This document shows, in pieces, positions 9,023-19,466 of a stretch of 64,000 bases of DNA. Below the pieces are notes generated by a model, which was not told the origin of the DNA, ran no database searches, and saw only the letters and a list, made by a program, of their open reading frames with translations. This DNA is from a virus: positions 26,319-90,318 of the IMG/VR virus record IMGVR_UViG_3300020034_000005; one strand, given 5' to 3'. The translations under genes were made by a program, and so were the position numbers. Position 1 is the stretch's first letter; every line of letters begins with the position of its first letter.

Positions 9023-9430
9023 GTGTCTCCATCCAACCAGAACCCTGACCCTGCCGCCTTCTTCGGCCTGGTCGAAGACATCCCTGAGCTGTCCGTGTGG
9101 GAGGCGTCGTTCGATGCCGCCGAGGACTTTCTGACGGAGACCCGTCCGGAGGGCTTCCAGGTCGAGGACATCGGCCGCCACGCCTGGGACCGCCTGCCCG
9201 AGAGGGACCGTCCGGCCGCGCTGAACGCCCTGTTCTACACGTACTGGTCGGCGATGGTGAGTGACCGCGAGGAGTTGGCCCGGTTCGAGCGGGACAACGA
9301 CATGCGGGTCCTCCTCCGGGGCCGCCTGGATGAGTACGAGGACCTGGCCGCGGTCTCGATCCCCGCGCCTGCCGCCCTCGTCGCGGACATCGCAGCACTG
9401 GCCCGCCAGCTCGTCGGAGGTGCGGCATGA
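9023..9430 (+). CDS. Hypothetical early protein
   Basis: Coupled early operon. Confidence 0.7.
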   Translation: MSPSNQNPDPAAFFGLVEDIPELSVWEASFDAAEDFLTETRPEGFQVEDIGRHAWDRLPERDRPAALNALFYTYWSAMVSDREELARFERDNDMRVLLRGRLDEYEDLAAVSIPAPAALVADIAALARQLVGGAA

Positions 9431-9990
9431 ACGCCGTGAAGTGCAGCTGCATGTTCGGCCCGCGCACGGTCGACGGCGAAGTTGTCCACGAGGATGGCTG
9501 CCGGGTGACCCACCCGGTCCGTCACGCCTCCTGGCAGTCCATCCTCACGCTGGTCGCCGACCTGCCGGAGGGGACGGGTGGCACGTCCCGGAGCATCGGG
9601 GAGTTCACCGAGGACGGCTTGGGCGGCAGTGCGATGCACGCCGCTTACACAGTGGGTCAGCCGGACGGTTCCGACACGGTCTACACGATCACCGTGGCTG
9701 TCGAGCGGTCTGTCGACCATAACGACTCGTTCTGGGGTCCGGGCGGCACCCGTGACGGCGACGACCCGACGAAGCGGGTTGTGGTCGACGGGACGCACTA
9801 CATCCTCGGTGACGACCGCCCCGGCGACACCTTCAAGGGATTCAGTGGGCACCGCTTCGACATCGAGTTCTTCGACGGCCGCACAGTTGCCACTCGGGAT
9901 CTCTGGTACCAGGGCGTGATCCCGCCGAAGTGGCGCGAGCGCTACCCCGACAACGCTCGCTTCATCCCCGCATCGGCGGTGACGTCATGA
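9427..9990 (+). CDS. Hypothetical early protein
   Basis: ATGA overlap; LWYQGVIP...PDNA C-terminus. Confidence 0.7.
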   Translation: MNAVKCSCMFGPRTVDGEVVHEDGCRVTHPVRHASWQSILTLVADLPEGTGGTSRSIGEFTEDGLGGSAMHAAYTVGQPDGSDTVYTITVAVERSVDHNDSFWGPGGTRDGDDPTKRVVVDGTHYILGDDRPGDTFKGFSGHRFDIEFFDGRTVATRDLWYQGVIPPKWRERYPDNARFIPASAVTS

Positions 9991-10289
9991 GCGCCCGCAA
10001 GGCCTTGTATGCCGCGCTGATGGTGGGCGGCCCGCACTCTCCGGAGCGATCCGACCGGGCGAGCGCACGGATCGATGCCTACCGCGCCGAGATCGTGGCC
10101 GCCACTCTCGCCGAGGTCGACCGCCTGCGCGCCGAGCTGGCCCGCCGGACTCCGGACACCTACCTGGCTGCTGCTGCTCTGATCGAGGACCGGGCGTGCG
10201 ACGCCGATTTCACCCACACCCCGCAGCACATTGCCGGGCTGCGTGAGGCCGTCGAGCTGCTGACCCGACGGGCCGGTGAAGTCCGATGA
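9987..10289 (+). CDS. Hypothetical early protein
   Basis: ATGA overlap. Confidence 0.6.
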   Translation: MSARKALYAALMVGGPHSPERSDRASARIDAYRAEIVAATLAEVDRLRAELARRTPDTYLAAAALIEDRACDADFTHTPQHIAGLREAVELLTRRAGEVR

Positions 10290-10335
10290 GCGCCCGAGCT
10301 GACAACCTGCGCCGCCAGACCGAGGAGGCGACCTC

Positions 10336-10551
10336 ATGAGTGTGCGAACTGTCCGCTTCCTGGACTGCGAGGGGCACGCCCTCCGCAACGACATCTCACT
10401 GTGCGGCGAGACGGAGCAGGGATTCCCCTGGGAGGCCGCCGTCGAACTGCGCCGCCGGGCTCGCTCTGAGGGGTGGCGGCGGATCGACGGGCGCGACATT
10501 GGCCCCGAGTGTGCCGAGGTCCTCACCCAAGCGACGGAGGCGTCCCGATGA
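10336..10551 (+). CDS. Hypothetical early protein
   Basis: GAGGAGG RBS. Confidence 0.6.
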   Translation: MSVRTVRFLDCEGHALRNDISLCGETEQGFPWEAAVELRRRARSEGWRRIDGRDIGPECAEVLTQATEASR

Positions 10552-10760
10552 CTGCCGCCGACATCGCCCGCCTGGACGTACCGCAGGCCTCGCTGGAGCA
10601 GCAGATCGCGGAGCTGCGGGCGCACGCCGAGCAGCACCTCGCCGAGCGCGGAGAGTCCCCGTCGTCCTATCTCCTCGTCGACTGGCACGACTTCCTCGAC
10701 ATCGACCCCGACCTGCGGGGCCGCAACTACACGCCACCGGAGGCGTCCGATGAGCACTGA
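10548..10760 (+). CDS. Hypothetical early protein
   Basis: ATGA overlap, RBS. Confidence 0.6.
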   Translation: MTAADIARLDVPQASLEQQIAELRAHAEQHLAERGESPSSYLLVDWHDFLDIDPDLRGRNYTPPEASDEH

Positions 10761-10986
10761 ACCGAATCTCCCCGACGTCCCGTCAGGGCCGGTGGAGTCC
10801 TCACCGGGGCCGTGGCTGGACGGCAACGGCAACACGGCGGTCCTGCACCACGTGCTGGCGCAAGCCGGAGTCGAGCTGGGCGCCTATGACCTGTCGACGC
10901 TCGCCTGGCTCGCCGGGTGGGAGTCCTCGACGGTCCTCACCATCGCCTCCTGGGTACACCGCGCATCGGCTGGAGGCCCGGCATGA
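10750..10986 (+). CDS. Hypothetical early protein
   Basis: GVELGAYD...WL.GWE motif. Confidence 0.6.
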   Translation: MSTEPNLPDVPSGPVESSPGPWLDGNGNTAVLHHVLAQAGVELGAYDLSTLAWLAGWESSTVLTIASWVHRASAGGPA

Positions 10987-11585
10987 CCGACTACCCCGAG
11001 GCGGCTGCCCGCTTCGCCCGCGAGACCCGTGGCCACGAGATGACCGTCCTGCACGACGACGGCCTGTACCGGCACCTCGTGTTCGCCGACCCTGACGGCG
11101 GCTTCTACCGCTTCGACCTGATCACCTGGCCGCACAACGCGTTCCTGCGCGGCGACGGCTTCAGCTTCGGCTTCTCGATCTACCCGACCAAGGACATCTT
11201 CGACGTGTTCCGGGGTTCGAGCAGCGGCGGCATCAACCCCGGCTACTGGCAGGAGAAGGTGACTGCCGGGAAGGTTCAGGACTGGTCGGAGGACCTCTTC
11301 CGCACCTGGGTGATCGGCGAGGCCGCAAAGGGCGAGAGTCGCCATCCGGGTCTGGTCGAAGCGGTCGGCAAGCAGATCCTGCACTCGGACGAGCACAGCC
11401 TGGAGTACCGGGGCACCGCCGAGTACGCGGTTGCCTCGTTCCGCCACGGCGACTACCGGCTGCGCTTCCCGAACGACTGGGAGAAGGACTTCGAGGACTT
11501 CTCGTGGGAGTACCTGTTCGCCTGCCACGCCATCCTGTTCGGCATCCGCCAGTACGACGCCGCACGTCAGGCGGTGGCCGCATGA
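10983..11585 (+). CDS. Conserved phage hypothetical protein
   Basis: HEMTVLHDDGLYRHL...FDLITWP...INPGYW.EK pattern. Confidence 0.75.
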   Translation: MTDYPEAAARFARETRGHEMTVLHDDGLYRHLVFADPDGGFYRFDLITWPHNAFLRGDGFSFGFSIYPTKDIFDVFRGSSSGGINPGYWQEKVTAGKVQDWSEDLFRTWVIGEAAKGESRHPGLVEAVGKQILHSDEHSLEYRGTAEYAVASFRHGDYRLRFPNDWEKDFEDFSWEYLFACHAILFGIRQYDAARQAVAA

Positions 11586-11830
11586 CCGCCACCTTCCGGC
11601 TCCGCGTCGGCACGGACATCCGCATCGAGCACGACGACTACACCAACGCAGCCCCGGCACTCACCTTCCTGAACCCGGGCCACCAGATCGCTGTGACCCT
11701 CCTCGCCGCGTTCGATGACGAGGACGCAGTAGCCGGAGCTGATCGGCTGGTTGCGGCCGTCAGCGAGTGGCGCGACGGAGTACGAGCAGCCGTCGCCAAG
11801 CAGGCCGCAGCAGTGAAGGCGGCGGCGTGA
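11582..11830 (+). CDS. Hypothetical early protein
   Basis: ATGA overlap. Confidence 0.6.
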   Translation: MTATFRLRVGTDIRIEHDDYTNAAPALTFLNPGHQIAVTLLAAFDDEDAVAGADRLVAAVSEWRDGVRAAVAKQAAAVKAAA

Positions 11831-12006
11831 TGGTCACCCTCACGAAGCTCCCCGCCGCTGACCTCGAAGTTTTCCAACTCGCCCAGGCCGACCACCGGTT
11901 CCTCGCCGAGCACGGCCGGGAGGCGGGCTGGCAGCCCTGCGAGCGCGAGCACTACGAGGCGCTCATGGACGTCATCCACAACCAGCGCAGGCGGAGGGCG
12001 GCATGA
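11830..12006 (+). CDS. Hypothetical early protein
   Basis: TGATG overlap. Confidence 0.55.
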   Translation: MVTLTKLPAADLEVFQLAQADHRFLAEHGREAGWQPCEREHYEALMDVIHNQRRRRAA

Positions 12007-12266
12007 CGATCCTCCGCCCCGAGACGACCATCCTGGCCGCCGCCCTATGCGACCTCCCCGACGCCGACCCGGCCGTTCAGCAGCGGCTAGGCGCCGGGCT
12101 GGTCCGGGCGCTCCACGTCACCAACCGCGACCCCGACTTCGAGGACAGCTACAACTCCGGCCACGTCGAGACCGACCTCGACGCCTGGGCGGCCCGCGTC
12201 GACACGAAAAACCACCGGCACAAGCCGCCCGCCCCGACACTCCGCCGCACCGGGGGGACCGCATGA
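12003..12266 (+). CDS. Hypothetical early protein
   Basis: ATGA overlap. Confidence 0.55.
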   Translation: MTILRPETTILAAALCDLPDADPAVQQRLGAGLVRALHVTNRDPDFEDSYNSGHVETDLDAWAARVDTKNHRHKPPAPTLRRTGGTA

Positions 12267-12469
12267 GCATCCGCCGCACCCACGGCATCGGCCCGGAGAT
12301 CGTCGCCACGGAAGCCACGCTCATCGGCACCAGCGAGCTGGAGGCCCGCGACATGGCCGCCGCAGCCCGCACCGTCCGCGCCCACGCCCGTGATGAAGAC
12401 GACCGCGCCATGTTGCTCGCCGTCCTCGGGCTCACCGCATACGACCGCACCAGGGGGAACCGATCATGA
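12263..12469 (+). CDS. Hypothetical early protein
   Basis: ATGA overlap. Confidence 0.55.
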   Translation: MSIRRTHGIGPEIVATEATLIGTSELEARDMAAAARTVRAHARDEDDRAMLLAVLGLTAYDRTRGNRS

Positions 12470-12828
12470 GCACTGAGACCTGCACCTGCGGCGAGATCGC
12501 TGAGGCTGTCGAGATCGCCCGGATCCGTGAGGCTCAGACGCTGCGCCTCGACGCAGAGGTTGCCCGGCTGGCTAAGGAGCTCGCGGACACCACAGAATCC
12601 CGCGACTTCTACGCCCGCTCCGCCCGGCACATCGCGGCGAAACGGAACCTGGCCGAGGTCGTCATCTGCCTGTGGGACTCGGGCGATCTGCCCGCCGACA
12701 CGGCGCTGCGAATGATCCGGTCCGCGCTCGATGTCGGGGACGTCCAGACGTTCGACGCGCTGACGGCGGCAACCACCTGCGCCAACTCCCGTACCCAGCA
12801 GGACCAGCGGAAGGCGGCGGAACTGTGA
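12466..12828 (+). CDS. Hypothetical early protein
   Basis: ATGA overlap. Confidence 0.6.
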   Translation: MSTETCTCGEIAEAVEIARIREAQTLRLDAEVARLAKELADTTESRDFYARSARHIAAKRNLAEVVICLWDSGDLPADTALRMIRSALDVGDVQTFDALTAATTCANSRTQQDQRKAAEL

Positions 12829-13343
12829 GCACCGTAGACACCGTGAAGGCCGTCGCCCGGCACCGGAAGCTGTCGTGGTTGGGCCTCGCCGCACTCGCCG
12901 GCGTGCAGGGCAAGGAGCTGAACACACTCCGGCCGCGGGTCGCCGAACTGGAGGCGGCGCTGGACAACGCGGCGTTCCGCCTCGACGGGGCCCTGCTCCT
13001 CGCCGGGGGGCTCCGCCTGCAGCTCGACGAAGCCCACGACATCCGCGACGACATCAACGCCAAGGCCGTCCGCTACGACGAAGCCGAACACCGTGCCACC
13101 GCAGCCGAGCAGCAGCTCGCCGCTAAGGACGAAGAACTGATCGCGCTCCGCCAGTTCAAGGCCAACGTCCAGTCCGTCGACGTCACCCAGCTCGGCCACC
13201 GCGACATCGACCCCGGCGACGCGGTCACCGTGCCCGTCCCGATCGTCAAGACGCTCGCCGAGGCGTTCGGCCAGGGCCGCGCCAGCACCGACCCCGCACG
13301 CACCACCTGGGGCCGCCGCAACGAGCAGGCAGGGGTGGCGTAG
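12825..13343 (+). CDS. Coiled-coil hypothetical protein
   Basis: GTGA overlap. Confidence 0.6.
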   Translation: MSTVDTVKAVARHRKLSWLGLAALAGVQGKELNTLRPRVAELEAALDNAAFRLDGALLLAGGLRLQLDEAHDIRDDINAKAVRYDEAEHRATAAEQQLAAKDEELIALRQFKANVQSVDVTQLGHRDIDPGDAVTVPVPIVKTLAEAFGQGRASTDPARTTWGRRNEQAGVA

Positions 13344-14758
13344 TGGACGCCTACTGGGAGGACACGGACGCCGGGATCACCCTGTACCTCGGCGACTGCC
13401 TCACCGTGCTGCCCACCCTGGCCGACGCGTCCGTGGACTCCATCGTCACCGACCCGCCCTACGGGTTGACCGAGTTGGCAGCCGCGACGGTTCTGTCAGC
13501 GATAGCCGCATGGATGGCAGGCGACCGGACGCACGTGCCGGATGGGCGCGGGTTCATGGGCCGCGAGTGGGATCGTTTCGTGCCACCGCCTGGTGTGTGG
13601 GACGAGTGCCTACGGGTCCTGAAGCCGGGCGGTCACGTGCTGGCGTTCGCTGGTGCCCGCACCGTGGACCTGATGACGCTGTCGATCCGCATCGCCGGGT
13701 TCGAGATCCGCGACAGCATCGACTGGATCTACGGCAGTGGCTTCCCGAAATCACACGATGTTTCCAAGGCCATCGACAAGGCGGCCGGGGCGCAGCGCGA
13801 GGTAGTAGGGGCAAGCGCGCATAGCGCTAACCGGTCGGCCGGTTCCTGGCAGGCGGACGGCCGGGCCCCTACGAGAATGGCGAAAGGCAACGAGGGGGAA
13901 CGCCAGATCACCGCCCCGGCCACCGCCGATGCGGCCCGCTGGGACGGGTGGGGCACGGCACTCAAGCCCGCCCACGAGCCCATCGTTCTCGCCCGTAGGC
14001 CGCTCTCCGGGACCGTCGTCGTGAACGTCCTTCAGCACGGCACCGGGGCCCTCAACATCGACGACTGTCGGACCGTCGCCGGGCAGGACTACCGGCAGAA
14101 GTGCGCGTCCGTGGTGGGCATCGACAGTCCCCGCAACGGCGACACCGGCGGCGAACGGACCGGGGCCCGGGAGGACTCCGCGCACGTTGCGGGCCGTTGG
14201 CCGACGAACGTGATCCTCACCCACCCGCCGCTCCTCGATGACGACGGGCAGGTCGTGGGAGACGCGTGCGCAGACGGGTGCGTACCCGGCTGCCCCGTCG
14301 CGGAGATGGACGCGCAGAGCGGGGGCAGCACCAGCGCAGCAAAGGGCAAGGCCGGGGGCGCCTTCAAGTCCACGAGCCTGTACGCGCAGGACGCGACCTC
14401 GCGCGGCATGGCCCGGACCGAACGCCCGACACACGGCGACAAGGGCGGCGCATCCCGCTTCTTCACCGTCTTCCGCTACGAGGCGAAGGCCCCGGCCTCA
14501 GAGCGTCCCCGGCTGGCGGACGGCACCGCGCACACCACGGTCAAACCGCTCGCCCTGATGCGGTGGCTGATCCGGCTCGTCACCCCGCCCGGCGGAGCCG
14601 TCCTCGATCCGTTCGTCGGCTCCGGCACCACGCTGGAAGCGGCCCTCATCGAAGGGTTCCCCGCCATCGGTATCGAGCGCGAAGCCGACCACGCCGAACT
14701 GTGCGTGACCCGGCTCGCCAAGCCCATCACGTCGACCCTCTTCGGCGCCACCCCCTGA
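13343..14758 (+). CDS. DNA amino-methyltransferase (N6A/N4C, beta class)
   Basis: TDPPY motif IV, H.TVKP, DPFVGSGTT motif I. Confidence 0.92.
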   Translation: MDAYWEDTDAGITLYLGDCLTVLPTLADASVDSIVTDPPYGLTELAAATVLSAIAAWMAGDRTHVPDGRGFMGREWDRFVPPPGVWDECLRVLKPGGHVLAFAGARTVDLMTLSIRIAGFEIRDSIDWIYGSGFPKSHDVSKAIDKAAGAQREVVGASAHSANRSAGSWQADGRAPTRMAKGNEGERQITAPATADAARWDGWGTALKPAHEPIVLARRPLSGTVVVNVLQHGTGALNIDDCRTVAGQDYRQKCASVVGIDSPRNGDTGGERTGAREDSAHVAGRWPTNVILTHPPLLDDDGQVVGDACADGCVPGCPVAEMDAQSGGSTSAAKGKAGGAFKSTSLYAQDATSRGMARTERPTHGDKGGASRFFTVFRYEAKAPASERPRLADGTAHTTVKPLALMRWLIRLVTPPGGAVLDPFVGSGTTLEAALIEGFPAIGIEREADHAELCVTRLAKPITSTLFGATP

Positions 14759-14872
14759 CCGGGCGCGCTGTCGCGGATGTCACCGACCCCCACAGCGCGC
14801 CCTCACCACGTACCGCACCCGCCGAGGACAAGTCGGCGGGCGCCCACCCAGCACCCCAACAAGGAGATCACC

Positions 14873-15604
14873 GTGTTCCGTAAGACCCCCAGCGCCCCGC
14901 TCCCCACCCCGACCAGCACCGGTCCGGCGATCAGCTTCGACAAGGTGCCCGCCGGCCTCGTCAACCTGACCAAGACCGCCGCCGTCAGCCTGGAGAAGTC
15001 CGGGCTCACCGGGCAGCGCGCCGCCGTATACCTGGTCCTCGACCACTCCGGGAGCATGACCAGCTTCTACCGCGACGGGTCAGTGCAGCGCCTCGCCGAG
15101 CAGGCGCTCGGCCTGTCCGCGAACCTCGACGACGACGGCACCGTCCCCATCGGCTACTTCGGATCGACCGCCGAGCCCATGCTCGACGCCCGCCTCGACA
15201 ACTACGCGGGGATCGTCGACCGCACCCACCCCGCGGTCCGCTGGGGGTCCACCAACTACGTGGCCGCCATGCAGGCCGTCATCGACGAGCACCAGCGGTC
15301 CGGTGCCACAGACCCCGCGTTCGTGATCTTCCAGACGGACGGGTCCCCCGACGACCGTGGCGCAGCCGAGCGGATGCTCCGTGACGCCTCCCGGCTGCCG
15401 ATCTTCTGGGCGTTCGTCGGGTTCGGAAACAACATCCACTTCCTGGAGAAGCTCGACGACCTTCGCGGCAGGGCTGTCGACAACGCGTCGTTCTTCCACG
15501 CCGCGAACCCGCACCAGGTGACGGACGCCGACCTGTACGACGGCATCACGCACGAGTACGCGGGCTGGCTCGCCGCAGCGACGGCCGCCGGAATCGTCGC
15601 CTGA
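14873..15604 (+). CDS. vWA domain protein (TerF-associated type)
   Basis: MIDAS DHSGS, T (STNY), TDG; FWAFVGFG. Confidence 0.85.
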   Translation: MFRKTPSAPLPTPTSTGPAISFDKVPAGLVNLTKTAAVSLEKSGLTGQRAAVYLVLDHSGSMTSFYRDGSVQRLAEQALGLSANLDDDGTVPIGYFGSTAEPMLDARLDNYAGIVDRTHPAVRWGSTNYVAAMQAVIDEHQRSGATDPAFVIFQTDGSPDDRGAAERMLRDASRLPIFWAFVGFGNNIHFLEKLDDLRGRAVDNASFFHAANPHQVTDADLYDGITHEYAGWLAAATAAGIVA

Positions 15605-15727
15605 CAGCCCCCTGACCGCTGTGGTGCAGCGCCCCCCTTCGCGCGCCACGGCACCCAGGCCCGCCGAGCCCGAACCCCCCGCCCGGGCTCGGCGGGTCCC
15701 CATCACTGCACCCGAAAGGCACGGCAC

Positions 15728-16729
15728 ATGAGCACCACAGAGCAGGCGAGCTTCTCGCCGCCACTCACTTACCCGACCGGGGCGACGGTCATCCTCGAGC
15801 CCGGAGCACCCAGAGAGGACTGGCACGCCGCCCGCCAAGGGGGCATCGGAGGCTCCGACATGGCCGCCATCTGCGGCCTCAACCCCTACACCAGCCCGCT
15901 CGAGATCTGGTTCCAGAAGACCGGCCGGCCTGTCCCTCGCCGCGACAACCCGGTCCTCGACGAGGCCGCCATCTACGGCCACCTCCTCGAGCCCGTCGTC
16001 GCCACCCGCTTCCTCGCCATCACCGGCCTGTACGCAGCCGAAGGGCCCGGCACTCTGGGGCGCCCCGATAAGCCGTGGATCGCCAACCTCGACCGCGTCA
16101 CCCACGAAGACGGCCAGCCCGGCGTTGTCGAGATCAAGACCCGCTCGAGCTACGCCCTCAAGGACTGGCTCGACGAAGTGCCCGTCGCCGTCCAGATCCA
16201 GACCCAGTGGTATCTCGCCGTCACCGGCTGGCAGTTCGCCTACAGCGCCTGCTCCATCGGCGGCCAGCGCACGGTCATCCACCGCCTCGAGCGCGACGAC
16301 CAGATGATCGCAGACCTGGAGAAGATCGCAGACGAGTTCTGGGACCAGGTGCAGACCGGCACCCAGCCCGCCATCGACGGATCCGCGGCCACCGGCGACC
16401 TCCTCGACCGGCTTCACGCGAACCCTCTCGAGTCCGTGGTCGTCGCCGACGCGCTCGAGGTCGAGGGCTGGCTCAAGCAGCGCGCCCACGCCAAAGAACA
16501 GATGGCCGCTGCGGACCTCGCCCTCACCGACGCCGAGAACCACCTCAAGGCCATCGCCGGGGACGCCACCGACGTCCACATCCGCGGCGAACTCGCCTAC
16601 TCCTGGCGCCGCCGCAAAGGCCAGGTCTCGTGGAAGGCCGCAGCGCTCGAGGCCGACCCCGACATCAACCCCGAGGACTACCGGGGCGAACCCACCCGCG
16701 TCTTCAACATCCACCTGGAGAACCTGTGA
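15728..16729 (+). CDS. YqaJ-like viral recombinase exonuclease
   Basis: W...R..GIGGSD, G..LE, ANLDR, EIKT, Q.QWY. Confidence 0.92.
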   Translation: MSTTEQASFSPPLTYPTGATVILEPGAPREDWHAARQGGIGGSDMAAICGLNPYTSPLEIWFQKTGRPVPRRDNPVLDEAAIYGHLLEPVVATRFLAITGLYAAEGPGTLGRPDKPWIANLDRVTHEDGQPGVVEIKTRSSYALKDWLDEVPVAVQIQTQWYLAVTGWQFAYSACSIGGQRTVIHRLERDDQMIADLEKIADEFWDQVQTGTQPAIDGSAATGDLLDRLHANPLESVVVADALEVEGWLKQRAHAKEQMAAADLALTDAENHLKAIAGDATDVHIRGELAYSWRRRKGQVSWKAAALEADPDINPEDYRGEPTRVFNIHLENL

Positions 16730-17529
16730 CCGACGCCCGCAACGCCGTCGCCCGCCGCGCCGAGAACGTCGGCGCCGTCCAGCAGAACGGCGAGCAGCAG
16801 CAGCCGACCATGGCGCAGCAGATCGAGAAGATGAAGCCGGAGCTGGCCCGCGCGCTGCCCAAGCACATGGACGCCGACCGGATCGCCCGCATCGCCCTGA
16901 CGTTGATCCGCAAGAACCCCGACCTGGCCACCTGCAGCACTGCATCGTTCCTCGGCGCGCTGATGACCTGCTCGCAGCTGGGCTTCGAGCCGGGCTCGCC
17001 CACGCAGGAGGCATTCATCGTCCCCTACAAGGGGGAGGCCTCGTTCCAGCTCGGTTACCAGGGCATGGTGACGCTCTTCTACCAGCACCCGATGGCCTCG
17101 TCGGTGAAGGTCGAGACCGTCCGCGAGAACGACTACTTCGAGCACGAAGAGGGCCTCGAGGAGACGCTCGTCCACCGGCCGTTCGCCGGCGGGCCGCGGG
17201 GCCGCGCAGTCGCCTACTACTCCGTCGCCCGCCTCATCAACGGTGGCCGGACCTTCAAGGTCATGTACCCGTCGGAGATTGAGGAGCGGCGCCTGAAGAT
17301 GCCCTCCAAGAACAGCCCTGCCTGGCGGAACAGTTACGACGAGATGGCCAAGAAGACCGTCCTGCGTAACCACTTCAAGGCCCTGCCGAAGAGCGCATCC
17401 CTGGCCCGCGCCATGGCCCACGACGGGACCGTGCGCACCGACATCCAGGCCGACGCCATTGACGTCGCGCCCCAGCACGACGGGCCGCCCGAGCTCACCG
17501 CCGGGGCCTCGAGCGACCAGCAGCAGTAA
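16726..17529 (+). CDS. recT: RecT single-strand annealing protein
   Basis: ALPKHM..DR, S.LGALM...QLG, LGYQG, MAKKTV. Confidence 0.92.
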   Translation: MTDARNAVARRAENVGAVQQNGEQQQPTMAQQIEKMKPELARALPKHMDADRIARIALTLIRKNPDLATCSTASFLGALMTCSQLGFEPGSPTQEAFIVPYKGEASFQLGYQGMVTLFYQHPMASSVKVETVRENDYFEHEEGLEETLVHRPFAGGPRGRAVAYYSVARLINGGRTFKVMYPSEIEERRLKMPSKNSPAWRNSYDEMAKKTVLRNHFKALPKSASLARAMAHDGTVRTDIQADAIDVAPQHDGPPELTAGASSDQQQ

Positions 17530-17612
17530 CCGCCCCGTTGGGGCCCCCTGCCCGTCCGAAGCAGGCAGGGGGCCCCGGAACCCCATCGCACCACACCCGG
17601 AAGGAAACCGGC

Positions 17613-17891
17613 ATGACCGATCCCACCGCCACCCGCATGTACGACGCCGTTGAGTACGGGCTCTGGCAAGACCTCGCCGACGCACTCAACCGCATCGAGG
17701 AGTACGGCCTCGACCCCATCGCTCAACTCTGTGAGCAGCTCAACGCCAAGCCTGTTCAGGCCATCGACGCAGGTGACGTCATCCACGGGAGTGGTGTCCG
17801 CAAGCCCGGCGGCTACCTCCTGCGCCACCGGTCCAGCCGGTTCGGCTGGACCGTCCAGGACCGCGCCAAGGCCCCGGAGGTCACGTCATGA
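17613..17891 (+). CDS. Hypothetical protein
   Basis: AAGGA RBS, operon context. Confidence 0.55.
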   Translation: MTDPTATRMYDAVEYGLWQDLADALNRIEEYGLDPIAQLCEQLNAKPVQAIDAGDVIHGSGVRKPGGYLLRHRSSRFGWTVQDRAKAPEVTS

Positions 17892-18319
17892 CGACCCCCC
17901 TGTACGTCCTCGACATCCGCGAGGACGACGACGGCATCGAACAGCCCAACGAAGCCCTCTTCACCCCCACCCCGGAGAACGCCGCCGAGTACGGCTTCAT
18001 GACCCGCGACGGCATCCACCTCACCGGAGTCGGCGAGGAGGACGAGCCGCCCACCGAGTTCGTTGCCCTCGGCCACAACCACACCTGGACGGCGCTCGCG
18101 CTCCTCGCCGACGCATGGATGCGGAAGAACCACCCCGACGCCGACCTCCCCGTACACACCCGGCCGCCCGTCCGGAAGCACGCCGTGTTCATCACCCACC
18201 CCCACCCCGACCACCCGTGCGGCTGCGCATGGGACGGCCAGTGGCGGCTCGTCTACGCCCCCGCCACCGAACCCGGGGCTGTTGCGGTCACCGTCATCCC
18301 CGCAGGGAGGACGACATGA
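17888..18319 (+). CDS. Hypothetical protein
   Basis: ATGA overlap; ALGH...PGAVAVT. Confidence 0.65.
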   Translation: MTTPLYVLDIREDDDGIEQPNEALFTPTPENAAEYGFMTRDGIHLTGVGEEDEPPTEFVALGHNHTWTALALLADAWMRKNHPDADLPVHTRPPVRKHAVFITHPHPDHPCGCAWDGQWRLVYAPATEPGAVAVTVIPAGRTT

Positions 18320-18711
18320 GGGCCCTGACGATCAAGCAGCCGTGGGCGGGTGCCATCGCCCACCAGACGAAGCGCGTCGAAAACCGCACCTGGAAACTCC
18401 CCGCCAAGCACCACGGGGCCCGCATCCTCATCCACGCCGGCGCGGAACGAGACCGGTGGGCAGTCGTCCACGGCGACCACCTCGACGTGTACAGCGCGAT
18501 CGTCGCCGTCGCCACGCTCACCGGCTGCCACTGGGCCGAGAGCGACCGCCTGTGCAGCCCCTGGAGCCAGGACGACGCCTACCACTGGACGCTCGACGAC
18601 GTCATTGCCCTTCCGCAGCCCGTGCCCGCGAAGGGGCGGCTGGGTCTCTGGGCACCCGACGCCGAACTGATCACCGCCGTCGAGCAGCAGCTGCAGGCGG
18701 TGACCCGATGA
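18316..18711 (+). CDS. ASCH domain protein
   Basis: ALTIKQPWA...K.VENR.W...IHAG...KGRLGLW. Confidence 0.85.
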   Translation: MRALTIKQPWAGAIAHQTKRVENRTWKLPAKHHGARILIHAGAERDRWAVVHGDHLDVYSAIVAVATLTGCHWAESDRLCSPWSQDDAYHWTLDDVIALPQPVPAKGRLGLWAPDAELITAVEQQLQAVTR

Positions 18712-19466
18712 ACCGCTGGTACGTGGGTCAGCCCACGAAGCGTGGCGGCGTCCACCCTCCCCGCACGAAGACCAACCGGTACGGCGAGCACTCGTCCGCC
18801 ATGCGGCGCCAGGAGCAGCGCATCCACGACAAGGAGTTCCTCGCCAACTACGTGCAGCTCAAGCCCGGCATCCTCGTCGTCTGGGACGGGCAGCCGTACC
18901 GCGTCGTCGAGCTTGCCGAACGACCCCTCGACCTGTGGGGCGACAAGCATGAGGAGCGCTTCAAGGAAGCCCTCACCTACTGGGAGCGCTACCCGCGCGG
19001 CGACCGCCCCGAGAAGCTGACGTGGACCGGACGCCCCTACGCGTTCATCCTCGCCCCCGACGGCAGGCCGCAGGAGAAGCCCCTCCACCTGATCGGCCCC
19101 GCAGACCACTCCTGGGACGTGCTGCCCGAGCACTACGCGATCTGTTCCGCGTGCGGTGAACTCCCGCCCTGCCACGACGAACTCGCCGAACGTGAAGGCG
19201 ACCGGCAGGCCGCCCGCGCCGACGTCCTCATGGACATCGCACCCGGCCACTGCCTCGGCTGCGGCGAGTACGTCAACGCCCGCCAGAAGGCCGCCCGCTT
19301 CCCCGGCCCGAACCTGTGGCGGCCGGACCTCCCGGAGAACTCGGCGGTGTTCCACGCCCGGCAGGAGTGCTCCGACGAAGTCGACCGCTACCGCACCCAG
19401 TGGGAAGCGCGCGGCAACAACAACCCGCAGAGCAGCCTCTTCGCCGACGAGGAGAACACGTCATGA
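18708..19466 (+). CDS. Hypothetical protein with CxxC pairs
   Basis: ATGA overlap. Confidence 0.7.
   Translation: MNRWYVGQPTKRGGVHPPRTKTNRYGEHSSAMRRQEQRIHDKEFLANYVQLKPGILVVWDGQPYRVVELAERPLDLWGDKHEERFKEALTYWERYPRGDRPEKLTWTGRPYAFILAPDGRPQEKPLHLIGPADHSWDVLPEHYAICSACGELPPCHDELAEREGDRQAARADVLMDIAPGHCLGCGEYVNARQKAARFPGPNLWRPDLPENSAVFHARQECSDEVDRYRTQWEARGNNNPQSSLFADEENTS

Noticed and set aside
15080-17014. Long antisense ORFs (also 21231..23249, 23844..25367, 32637..34211, 54183..56171)
   Set aside because: Shadow frames opposite motif-bearing genes, expected in high-GC DNA
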